This document shows positions 1 to 7,188 of a stretch of 17,286 nt of DNA, piece by piece. Both the position numbers and the translations under genes were made by a program. This DNA comes from Candidatus Iainarchaeum sp. (GTDB lineage: Archaea > Iainarchaeota > Iainarchaeia > Iainarchaeales > GCA-2688035). Each line of letters begins with the position of its first letter. Position 1 is the first letter of the stretch. Location: positions 1 through 17,286 of the forward strand of contig JAQTNI010000030.1 of assembly GCA_028713935.1 (NCBI GenBank), in the 5' to 3' direction. The notes under the pieces were generated by a model. That model worked only from the letters and a program-made list of their open reading frames with translations, made no database searches and was not told the DNA's origin.

Positions 1-470
1 ATTTTTTTTATTTCATCCATTTCGCACGGAAGCCCTGCAAAATGCACTGGCACAATTGCCTTTGTTTTTTTCGAAATTTTTTTTTCAATTTCTTTTGGGG
101 AAATATTGAATGTTTCTTTGTCAATGTCCGCAAAAACAGGCCTTGCACCGGAATGCACAATTGTGTTTGCAGTTGCGGAAAAAGTCATTGGCGTTGTCAC
201 TGCCTCAAAGCCTTCCTTGAGCCCTGCTGCCACTTCGCTTAGGAAAAGCGCTGTTGTGCAGGAATTCACGCTTAAGGCAAATTTTGCCCCGACGTAATTC
301 CTGAATTCTTCCTCGAATCTGAGGCATTTCGGGCCCATTGTGAGCCAGCCGGATTTCAATGTTTCGACTACCCCGTTTATTTCCTCTTCGCCAATGTCGG
401 GATTGCCGAAACGCAGGAATTCCTTTAATTCAGGCTTTCCGCCTTCAATTGCCGGCTTTTCAAGAGTCAT
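1..470 (-). CDS. DegT/DnrJ/EryC1/StrS-family PLP-dependent sugar aminotransferase. About 156 N-terminal codons are present; the 3' part lies beyond the left window edge.
   Basis: Absent from the supplied ORF track because it has no stop inside the window. Hand translation of the minus strand from ATG 470-468 stays open to position 1: MTLEKPAIEGGKPELKEFLRFGNPDIGEEEINGVVETLKSGWLTMGPKCLRFEEEFRNYVGAKFALSVNSCTTALFLSEVAAGLKEGFEAVTTPMTFSATANTIVHSGARPVFADIDKETFNISPKEIEKKISKKTKAIVPVHFAGLPCEMDEI. The block order SGW-T-GP, FE-EF, S-T-AL, TF-AT-N, GA-PVF-DID, TKAI-PVH-G is the family hallmark. An AGGAAG purine-rich site lies about 8 nt upstream. Confidence 0.85.
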   Translation of the reverse strand, partial: MTLEKPAIEGGKPELKEFLRFGNPDIGEEEINGVVETLKSGWLTMGPKCLRFEEEFRNYVGAKFALSVNSCTTALFLSEVAAGLKEGFEAVTTPMTFSATANTIVHSGARPVFADIDKETFNISPKEIEKKISKKTKAIVPVHFAGLPCEMDEIKK

Positions 471-501
471 TTTTTCGCTTCCTTTAAAAACTAAAATCAA
501 T

Positions 502-1446
502 TCATTTTATTAAACTTTTTTCGAGTTTTAAAATTTCTTCAAGGCCTTTTTCAAATTCAATTTTTGGGGCATAGCCAATTGCTTTTTTTGCCATTTCAGA
601 GGAATAGGCAATGCGCTGGTTTTTCGGCTCAGGCTTTTTAGGCCGGACATGCCCTATTTCCGCATTGAATTCTTCCGCAATTTTTTCAGCCAAAGCAATT
701 ATTTTCACTGATTTTTTTCCGCCGATATTCAGCAGGCCTGCATAACTGGAAAAAATTGCTTTTTTGTAAGCCTGCATGGCATCCATTATGTGCAAAAAGT
801 TTTTTTCCTGTTCTCCTGAGCCATAAACCTGGATTTTTTTTTCGCTTATTGCCTTTCTGATGAACACAGGAATAACAGTATCGGGCTGCCTGAAAAAACC
901 GGCCCCGAAAATATTTGCCTTCCTGAAAACAAGGCAATCCAGCTTGCTTTGAAGGCACAATTTTTCACATTCAAGTTTCTGTCTTCCATATTCCGTTATC
1001 GGGCTTGGCTGAGTCTTTTCTGTTATTCTGCCGCTGGTTGCGCCATAAATCAGGATGCTTGAAGGGAAAATAAGCCGTTTGATTTTTTTTTGCTCACATG
1101 CCCCGATTAATATTTTTGTGCCCTCCACATTGTTCCTGCGAGTTTCTTCGGGATACTTTTCGCATTCTTCCGCGTTGTGCACGTAAGCAAGATGCACTGC
1201 AATGTCAATTCCCTCAAGCAATTCCGGATTTTTTTCAAAATCCAGGACAGACGCTTTTGCAAAAACAGCCCGCGTGTTTTTTTCCATGCAGAATTTTTCA
1301 AGTTTTGAAAAGTCTTTTTCCGCGCTCCTTGAAAAATCATCTATGCATGTGAGCTCAATTTTTTTTCCGGAAAGGCAGAGTTCCCTGACTAAGGTTGAAC
1401 CCACATAGCCGTTTGCCCCTGTAATCAGAATTTTTTTTGGCTTCAT
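502..1446 (-). CDS. NAD(P)-dependent sugar epimerase/dehydratase (extended SDR family)
   Basis: 314-aa ORF. It has the N-terminal Rossmann motif ILITGANGYVGS (TGxxGxxG) and the catalytic YxxxK (YGRQK) after a SSILIYG serine block. Its ATG overlaps the stop of the upstream GT2 (ATGA at 1443-1446), which indicates co-translation. Confidence 0.85.
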   Translation of the reverse strand: MKPKKILITGANGYVGSTLVRELCLSGKKIELTCIDDFSRSAEKDFSKLEKFCMEKNTRAVFAKASVLDFEKNPELLEGIDIAVHLAYVHNAEECEKYPEETRRNNVEGTKILIGACEQKKIKRLIFPSSILIYGATSGRITEKTQPSPITEYGRQKLECEKLCLQSKLDCLVFRKANIFGAGFFRQPDTVIPVFIRKAISEKKIQVYGSGEQEKNFLHIMDAMQAYKKAIFSSYAGLLNIGGKKSVKIIALAEKIAEEFNAEIGHVRPKKPEPKNQRIAYSSEMAKKAIGYAPKIEFEKGLEEILKLEKSLIK

Positions 1447-2330
1447 ATCAACAGCTTTCCGAATTTAATGCTCCCCAAAAGCCTGTAAAATTTTATTGCC
1501 AGAACATAGCAAATCCCGATTATGCCAATCATTATTACATTCAGGGGATTGTTCCCTTCAAGGAATATCATTCCTCTCGGAGAGCTTAATTTTGGAATTT
1601 TGTGTTCCATCCAGGTGCCTGTTATGGCTTGAAAATCTTTTTTTGGATTCACAATAAATCCAAGTTTTACATCCAAAAAATCCTTTGCAAGCTTTGGGTG
1701 CTTTTTGTATAACAAGACGTCATTTTTATGGTAGGAAAGCCTGCCCAAGCCATATTTTACCATGCCAATTATGCCTTTGGGTTTTACAAGCACATGGTCG
1801 TGCAAATAATCGGCTTTTACTGTTGCATAGCTATAGCCGGCTTCAATTATTTTGAAGGTCAGGTCAGTGTCTTCCCTGTAATACCTGTATTCCTCGTCAT
1901 AGCCCCCAATTTTGTCAAGCACTTCTTTCCTGAAAGCAGTTGATGTCCCTCCAAAAGCGCCCATGCTGCTTACAACCCCAATTTTTTCAGAAGAAAACCC
2001 CGAAACAAGGCTTGTGAGCCAGTTTTTTGCAGGAAAGCAATCATGGTCCATGTTTACTACAATGGGGAACCTTGCCGCTTTTATGCCTGCATTGCGCGCA
2101 GCGCAAACCCCCAAATTTTTCGCAAAATTAATTATTTTGACTTTTTTGTTTTTTCCAAAATTTTTTTCAAGCACTTCCGCAGTGTTGTCTTTGCTGCCGT
2201 CATTTACAACAATTACTTCAAATTCCGAGGGATAATCAATTGCAAGAATGCTTTCAATCGTAGGGCAGACCTTTGCAGCATAATTATACGTTGCAACCAC
2301 AATGCTGGCTTTCGGATACTGCAGAACCAT
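1443..2330 (-). CDS. Family 2 glycosyltransferase (GT-A fold) with a C-terminal membrane anchor
   Basis: 295-aa ORF. Motifs: SIVVATYNYA...FEVIVVNDGSKDNT, then NMDHD in the DxD position, then GGYDEEYRYYREDTDL. There is a hydrophobic C-terminal helix, LNVIMIGIIGICYVLAIKFY. Confidence 0.85.
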   Translation of the reverse strand: MVLQYPKASIVVATYNYAAKVCPTIESILAIDYPSEFEVIVVNDGSKDNTAEVLEKNFGKNKKVKIINFAKNLGVCAARNAGIKAARFPIVVNMDHDCFPAKNWLTSLVSGFSSEKIGVVSSMGAFGGTSTAFRKEVLDKIGGYDEEYRYYREDTDLTFKIIEAGYSYATVKADYLHDHVLVKPKGIIGMVKYGLGRLSYHKNDVLLYKKHPKLAKDFLDVKLGFIVNPKKDFQAITGTWMEHKIPKLSSPRGMIFLEGNNPLNVIMIGIIGICYVLAIKFYRLLGSIKFGKLLI

Positions 2331-2354
2331 TAAACCACAATCAGAATTAATTTG

Positions 2355-3362
2355 CTAAATTTTTTTTGAAGTATAAGCCCCATGAGTCAATTTTGGTATT
2401 TCAGTATAATCAAAATACCTGAATTCCTGTGCACCAATTCCTTTTGCCCATTCAATTGTCCTGTCAAGCCCCTCGGAAATTGAAACCTTTGCCTTGTACC
2501 TTAAAAGTTTTTTTGCCTTGCCAGTATCGCAATACGCAATTTTCACATCAGAAGTCCTTTTCGGAATAAACTCTATTTTTGTTTCAGGGCTCATTTTTTT
2601 GATTATTTCCTCTGCGAGCTTTTTCACTGTATAAACCTTTTCAGTCCCGATATTTATTGGATTGTTGACAAGCTTTTTGTTGCCAACCATATCACAGATC
2701 GGCTCAACAACATCGGAAATGTAAGTAAAAGCCCTTTTTTGCAAACCATCGCCAAAAATCACTGGCCGCTCTCCCTTGAGGCACTTGTTAATGAAAATCG
2801 GAACCACTCCTCTATAAGGGTCATCCATTCTTTGCCTCGGCCCATACACATTGAAAAACCTTACAATGTAAGGCTCAATCTGCCCAAGCTCATGATAAAC
2901 CCTGAGATAATCCTCAAATGCCTTTTTTGTAACAGCATAAGGGTCGTCTGCATTCAAAGGCGCTGTTTCCTTTATCGGCATTTTTTTTTGCTTTCCATAA
3001 GCCGCAATGCTGCTTGTGAAAACAAAATCGTTTATGCCTGCATTGATTGTTTCAGTCAGCAAAGTCAATGACCCGATTAAATTTGTCTGTGCATTAAAAA
3101 CAGGAATAAAAACGCTCTGCCCCTCTGCAGCATGCGCCGCCAAATGAAAAACAGTGTCAACCCCTTCCAAAGCTTTTTTGCAGTCTTCCTTTTTGCAGGT
3201 GTCCCCCTCTATCAGTTCAACTCCTTCATCAAAATATTGCAGGTTTTGCTTTCCCCCGACAAAATTGTCAAGGATTTTTACCTCTATTTTTCTCCTGCGC
3301 AATTCATTGACCACATGGCTTCCGATAAAGCCGGCTCCGCCGGCAACCAAAACCTTTTTCAT
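2355..3362 (-). CDS. NAD-dependent nucleotide-sugar epimerase/dehydratase (UDP-sugar 4-epimerase-like SDR)
   Basis: 335-aa ORF with VLVAGGAGFIGSHVV (GxxGxxG), a TSSIAAYG serine block and YAVTK (YxxxK). A GGTGA Shine-Dalgarno lies 4 nt before ATG 3362. Confidence 0.85.
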   Translation of the reverse strand: MKKVLVAGGAGFIGSHVVNELRRRKIEVKILDNFVGGKQNLQYFDEGVELIEGDTCKKEDCKKALEGVDTVFHLAAHAAEGQSVFIPVFNAQTNLIGSLTLLTETINAGINDFVFTSSIAAYGKQKKMPIKETAPLNADDPYAVTKKAFEDYLRVYHELGQIEPYIVRFFNVYGPRQRMDDPYRGVVPIFINKCLKGERPVIFGDGLQKRAFTYISDVVEPICDMVGNKKLVNNPINIGTEKVYTVKKLAEEIIKKMSPETKIEFIPKRTSDVKIAYCDTGKAKKLLRYKAKVSISEGLDRTIEWAKGIGAQEFRYFDYTEIPKLTHGAYTSKKI

Positions 3363-3377
3363 TCACTCACCTTTTTC

Positions 3378-3431
3378 CTAATCAATAAATCCAGTTTTTA
3401 TGCAATTGTCACACTGCCCTTTCTTTTCTTT
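3378..3431 (-). pseudogene. Relic of the last 11 codons plus stop of a SPASM-type radical SAM gene, a degenerate copy of the 3' end of the CDS at 3499-4569
   Basis: Segment 3379-3414 matches 3500-3535 at 31 of 36 nt by hand alignment, including a 13-nt exact run gcaattgtcacac. The match is in the same orientation. Translated on the minus strand it reads (stop)KEKKGQCDNCIKTGFID(stop), against ...VCDNCIRTGFID(stop) for the intact gene. There is no start codon and an in-frame TAA lies 17 codons upstream. Confidence 0.45.
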
Positions 3432-3447
3432 TTAAAAGAAAAGAAAG
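3419..3447. repeat. Perfect 14-bp inverted repeat (homopyrimidine arm, 1 nt, homopurine arm). Candidate terminator hairpin for the upstream radical SAM gene.
   Basis: ctttcttttctttt (3419-3432), t, aaaagaaaagaaag (3434-3447); the arms are exact reverse complements. A third partial copy of the purine arm, aaagaaaagaaaa, lies at 3460-3472. On the minus-strand transcript these give two oligo-U-rich tracts within 80 nt of the stop at 3499, which fits archaeal oligo-T termination. The structure is certain; the terminator function is an inference. Confidence 0.6.
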
Positions 3448-3498
3448 TGTAAGTTGCCCAAAGAAAAGAAAACCTGAACTTTTGATAAACACTTCCGC

Positions 3499-4569
3499 TT
3501 AATCTATAAATCCTGTCCTAATGCAATTGTCACACACAGTTTTTCCGTTTGGCTGCATTTTTGCAACAGCTTTCCTTGCTGAAACATATTTTTCGTTGTT
3601 CCAAACTGTTTTAAAGCCCCTTTCAAAGGCATTTCCAAAATCAAATTTTTCATTGTAATTCGCACAGCACGGGCTCACAGAGCCGTTCCAGTTTATCACT
3701 GAAACAAACCACAAAAAAGCACATGTTTTTTTCAGGTTTTTCCTCTGCTTTTTTTCAAAATCATACCTGCTTAATTCGCCTTTGCTTGGAAGCCATTTTT
3801 CAAGGGAAGAAATTTTTTTGTCATCATTGACAAAAATTTCCTTTCCCATATCAGAGCGGACTCCGCCGATTGCAAGCCTGTCAATCCCAAGTTCCTGCCT
3901 TGTTTTTTCAAGCAATGGCAATTCATGCTCATTGTGTTTCATCACCAGGAATTGCCATACAATTTCCGGCTTTTTTGACTTTAATTCTTTTTTCTTTTCC
4001 ACAACAAGCCTGATATTTTCCCAGACAATCCGCAGTTTTCCACCAACCCTGTATTTTTCATAGGTTTCCTGCGAAATCCCATCCATTGAAATGTACAAAA
4101 CATCAAGCCCTGATTTTACAATAGATTCCGCCATTGTGTCATCAAATTTTACATTCAGGTTTGTGTTCACGCTTGTCCTTGCGCGCTTCCTGTGTGCAAA
4201 TTCAATCATCTTAACTAATTCCGAATTCAAAAATGGCTCTCCCCAGTTGTTCAGGTCAATTTCATACAAAAAAGGCGCCATTTCCTCAACAATTTTTTTG
4301 TAATTGTCAAAATTCATTTTTCCAAGGCTTCTTCCTTTCTGCCCCCGCCCTGTTGGGCAGAGCGGGCATTGCAATTGGCAGATATTGCTCGGGTCAAAGC
4401 TCAGCTTGAAAGGCCAGCCAATAATGCGGGAATTCCTGAATAAAAAAAATTGTGCCCCAAGCAGCCCAATGTTAAAAAATTTCCTGAAGCCGAAATAAGG
4501 CGTGAAAATAAATCGCCCAACTCCCCGCTCCAGCTGCATTGAAAAATAGCCCATTTTAATCACTCGCAT
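3499..4569 (-). CDS. Radical SAM enzyme with a C-terminal SPASM/twitch-like auxiliary cluster domain
   Basis: 356-aa ORF. It has the CxxxCxxC radical SAM triad in SNICQLQCPLCPTG. The C-terminal region has C-x12-G-x4-C (CAFLWFVSVINWNGSVSPC), followed by CC and a terminal CDNC, and the protein ends 8 residues later. The start is ambiguous: ATG 4569 has no Shine-Dalgarno, whereas ATG 4554 (MGYFSMQ...) is preceded by GAGTGA. Confidence 0.85.
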   Translation of the reverse strand: MRVIKMGYFSMQLERGVGRFIFTPYFGFRKFFNIGLLGAQFFLFRNSRIIGWPFKLSFDPSNICQLQCPLCPTGRGQKGRSLGKMNFDNYKKIVEEMAPFLYEIDLNNWGEPFLNSELVKMIEFAHRKRARTSVNTNLNVKFDDTMAESIVKSGLDVLYISMDGISQETYEKYRVGGKLRIVWENIRLVVEKKKELKSKKPEIVWQFLVMKHNEHELPLLEKTRQELGIDRLAIGGVRSDMGKEIFVNDDKKISSLEKWLPSKGELSRYDFEKKQRKNLKKTCAFLWFVSVINWNGSVSPCCANYNEKFDFGNAFERGFKTVWNNEKYVSARKAVAKMQPNGKTVCDNCIRTGFID

Positions 4570-4637
4570 TTATGATTAATTGAATCAAAAATTGTTTTTA
4601 ATACTCTGTGGTTCAAAACTCGAACAAGCCCTTCTTT

Positions 4638-5183
4638 CTAATGCTTTTTTCCAATTATGGAAATAAATGCGCTGCCCAAATGTTCCGGCAATAATTTGTC
4701 AATTCCCGCCTTGTAAAAAAATTCTTTTTTTATCACTTCAAGGCCTGCGAGTGCAAACAAATTTTCAAGATGGCCTGCCTGGAACATCATTTTGTGCTGC
4801 ACCTTTATGTCCCTGCTTTCCTTGAACCAAAGTGTTGAGTGATAATTCCCGAATGGCCAGCTTTTTTTGTGGAAGCGCCAGTAATCAGCATTATCAACAA
4901 TTACCTGCACAATGCCGCAAGGCTTTGAGTATCTTGCACAGTTTTCCAAAAAATTCAAAGGATTGCCTAAATGGTCCAAAACACTTGCGCTGTAAACCAA
5001 ATCATAGGAATTCCAAAATTTTTTTGGCAATATTTTTTCAAGGTCCCACTCCAAATCAGTGCCCCTGGTCTTGATAAAATCCACTCCAAAGGCATTGGGA
5101 ATTTTTTTGTCACCGCAGCCGAGGTCTAAAATTTTGCCATTTGTTTTCCAAACCCTCAAAAGGATTTCATCGTGAAAATTCAT
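4638..5183 (-). CDS. Class I SAM-dependent methyltransferase
   Basis: 181-aa ORF with motif I ILDLGCGDKK and a post-I/II region DLVYSASVLDHL. It is the first gene of the minus-strand operon. It has no Shine-Dalgarno and a TATA-like box about 30 nt upstream. Confidence 0.8.
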   Translation of the reverse strand: MNFHDEILLRVWKTNGKILDLGCGDKKIPNAFGVDFIKTRGTDLEWDLEKILPKKFWNSYDLVYSASVLDHLGNPLNFLENCARYSKPCGIVQVIVDNADYWRFHKKSWPFGNYHSTLWFKESRDIKVQHKMMFQAGHLENLFALAGLEVIKKEFFYKAGIDKLLPEHLGSAFISIIGKKH

Positions 5184-5204
5184 TGTAAAACGCCATTTCT
5201 TTTA

Positions 5205-5240
5205 TGAGAGAATAGTATAATTCCTTTTTAAATTCTTTCA
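5205..5240. promoter_or_regulatory. Divergent promoter region with two back-to-back TATA-like boxes
   Basis: The 74-nt gap lies between divergent starts at 5183 (minus) and 5258 (plus). The box agtataat (5214-5221) is about 34 nt from the minus-strand ATG. The box tttttaaa (5225-5232) is about 29 nt from the plus-strand ATG. Neither gene has a Shine-Dalgarno, which is consistent with leaderless or near-leaderless archaeal mRNAs. Sequence pattern only. Confidence 0.35.
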
Positions 5241-5257
5241 AAATTGACTTTTGTATC

Positions 5258-6403
5258 ATGAGGATTTTTTTCATTACCCATACCTACTCCCTGAAAGGAG
5301 GCGGAGGCGGAGAGCTTTTCTGCAGCGATTTCCTGAAAGAGCTTGTGAAAAGAGGCCATAAAATTTTTGTTTTCACAACAAAAAGCGAGGATTTTTCAAA
5401 AGAGGAAAAAAGCCTTGGCATTGAGGTTTTCAAGGCAAATTGCTTTGGCCATCACGCTTTCCACAAATTCGAATACCTGCTGCAAACAGGCAGGGCAGTT
5501 GAGCTTGCAAAGCAATTCAAGCCTGACATTATCCATGCACAGAACGATGCATTTCCCGCTTTGATAGGCGAAAAAGTGAAAAAGGCAACAAAAGCGCCCC
5601 TTGTTGCGAGCGTTGAATATCTTTCAGACAAGGCTGTTTCGCTTAACCTGAAAATTGTTTTTTTGTTCAACAAATTTTTTTTGCCGCGCATAAAATTTGA
5701 CAGGCTTGTTTCCTGGAGCCAGTTTGTAATTGATTCCTACTTATTGCCATGGAAAATCCCCGGCAAAAAAATTGTCCTGATTCCAGGCGCTGTTGATGTT
5801 TCAGCTTTCCTGAAAAAAGCTTCTCCACATCCTGCACTGAAAAAATTCGGTTCAACATTAATTGTTTCTGCAAAGCCCCTCCACAGCACCAATGCAATGG
5901 GGCTTTTGCAGACAATAAAGGCAATGAAAATTGTTTCAGAAAAATTCCCTGCCTGGAAATTCGTTATTGCAGGCGACGGTGAAAAAAGAAAATGGCTTGA
6001 GGGAATTGTAAAGCAAGAAGGCCTTGAAAAAAATGTTTTTTTTGTTGGGCAGGTTGCGGCAGAAGAAATTCCCAGGGTTTATTCAGCAGCTGAAATTGTT
6101 GTGCACAGCTTTGCCTTCAAGGCAACAACAAGCATTGCGCTCATTGAAAGCATGGCTTCCGCAAAGGCAATCGTTGCAACTGATTTTGGGGAAGTTGCAA
6201 GCACTGTCGGAAACACTGCTGTTCTTGTCCAGCCAAACAATCCTGAAAGCATTGCAAAGGGAATAATCAAATTAATTGAAAACCCAAAGCTGCGCGCAGA
6301 GCTTGGGGAAAAAGCAAGGGAAAGGGCAGTGAAAAATTTTTCCATGCCTGCAATTGTTGACAGGTTTGAAGAATTGTATGCAGAATTATTGAAAAAAAAT
6401 TAG
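5258..6403 (+). CDS. GT-B fold glycosyltransferase (GT4 / glycosyltransferase group 1-like)
   Basis: 381-aa ORF. The N-terminus MRIFFITHTYSLKGGGGGELFCSDFLKELVKRGHKIFVFT is typical of GT4. The C-terminal sugar-nucleotide block is SIALIESMASAKAIVATDFGEVASTV. Its stop overlaps the stop of the convergent gene by 4 nt (6400-6403). Confidence 0.85.
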   Translation: MRIFFITHTYSLKGGGGGELFCSDFLKELVKRGHKIFVFTTKSEDFSKEEKSLGIEVFKANCFGHHAFHKFEYLLQTGRAVELAKQFKPDIIHAQNDAFPALIGEKVKKATKAPLVASVEYLSDKAVSLNLKIVFLFNKFFLPRIKFDRLVSWSQFVIDSYLLPWKIPGKKIVLIPGAVDVSAFLKKASPHPALKKFGSTLIVSAKPLHSTNAMGLLQTIKAMKIVSEKFPAWKFVIAGDGEKRKWLEGIVKQEGLEKNVFFVGQVAAEEIPRVYSAAEIVVHSFAFKATTSIALIESMASAKAIVATDFGEVASTVGNTAVLVQPNNPESIAKGIIKLIENPKLRAELGEKARERAVKNFSMPAIVDRFEELYAELLKKN

Positions 6404-7188
6404 AACCCCTGGATTCCGCATCTTCCAAGAGAAGCCCGCATTATTTCATTTACCTTTGGGTCTGTTTGCCTTTGGACTTCTTCCAAAAACCCTTTCGGGT
6501 TTTTTGCCATCATTTTATTTATAATTGCATGCACATCAACGCCAGCTTTAATCAGTTCTTTTTCAAATTTTATCACTGCCTGCCTTTCCCTTGTCATTGC
6601 ATCAACCATGGCAGGGTCTTTCTGCCTCTGGCTAATCAGCAGCTTGTAAGCTGTTTCTGAAGGAATAATCCCGTTTACAAAAGTATTTCCCACTTTTACG
6701 CCCCTGCAAATATTATCTCCGAGAGCCAAAATTCTTTTTTCAAGTGGCCAATTTGCATAATTTTGCAATGACCAAGAAGCCCCTGTTCCAACTAATTTTG
6801 CAACTGCAGGCGCGCCTCTTCTCGCCCAGATAATTTGTGCCTGTGCATCCTGGTCCTTGAAATCCCTTCTTGAGTCATGAGCCAGGCCAATTTGCCCAAT
6901 TAATCCAACATCAATGCGCAGCCCCCTTGCTTTTCCTGCTTTTATATAATTTGCATTCAAAGCCTTTGCTATTGCAATGCCAAAGTTTGCGACAAGCTTG
7001 CTATGAACCTTAACAGGCCTAAAGCCAGGGTTCCTTTGCCCGATTGCAACCAGTTCCCTTCTAATTCTCCTGCCTGTTTTTCCAACATTTCCCCTTCTAA
7101 TTCCTGTTCTCCCAAGTTTTATCTGAGATTCCAGAATTTCTCCCCCAATTGTCTTCGGCTTAAATTTTTTTGAAATCTTTATTGCCAT
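6400..7188 (-). CDS. Hypothetical protein, 262 aa, soluble, basic and Arg-rich; no family recognised
   Basis: Long uninterrupted ORF in a stop-rich AT-rich background. Its ATG 7188 directly abuts the TGA of the upstream GT2 (TGAATG). An AGGTG Shine-Dalgarno lies 7 nt upstream, inside the GT2 3' end. I see no TM segment or signal peptide. The N-terminus is strongly basic: KISKKFKPK...GRTGIRRGNVGKTGRRIRR. No motif I can assign to a known fold. Confidence 0.7.
   Translation of the reverse strand: MAIKISKKFKPKTIGGEILESQIKLGRTGIRRGNVGKTGRRIRRELVAIGQRNPGFRPVKVHSKLVANFGIAIAKALNANYIKAGKARGLRIDVGLIGQIGLAHDSRRDFKDQDAQAQIIWARRGAPAVAKLVGTGASWSLQNYANWPLEKRILALGDNICRGVKVGNTFVNGIIPSETAYKLLISQRQKDPAMVDAMTRERQAVIKFEKELIKAGVDVHAIINKMMAKNPKGFLEEVQRQTDPKVNEIMRASLGRCGIQGF

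Noticed and set aside
42-297. Two plus-strand ORFs (66 aa and 63 aa) at the left edge
   Set aside because: They lie antisense within the much better supported DegT-type aminotransferase frame. They are Cys/Phe-rich low-complexity translations with no recognisable motif, so they are shadow ORFs.
3132-3452. 106-aa plus-strand ORF spanning the epimerase 5' end and the intergenic spacer
   Set aside because: It is antisense to the epimerase N-terminus and runs through the low-complexity palindrome. It has no ribosome site and no motif, so it is most likely a shadow ORF.
3363-4637. RiPP precursor peptide next to the SPASM radical SAM gene
   Set aside because: The flanking spacers (3363-3498 and 4570-4637) contain only trivial ORFs, such as the 11-aa MQLSHCPFFSF, with no ribosome site. 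The relic CDNC peptide has no start codon. The gene context is nucleotide-sugar metabolism.
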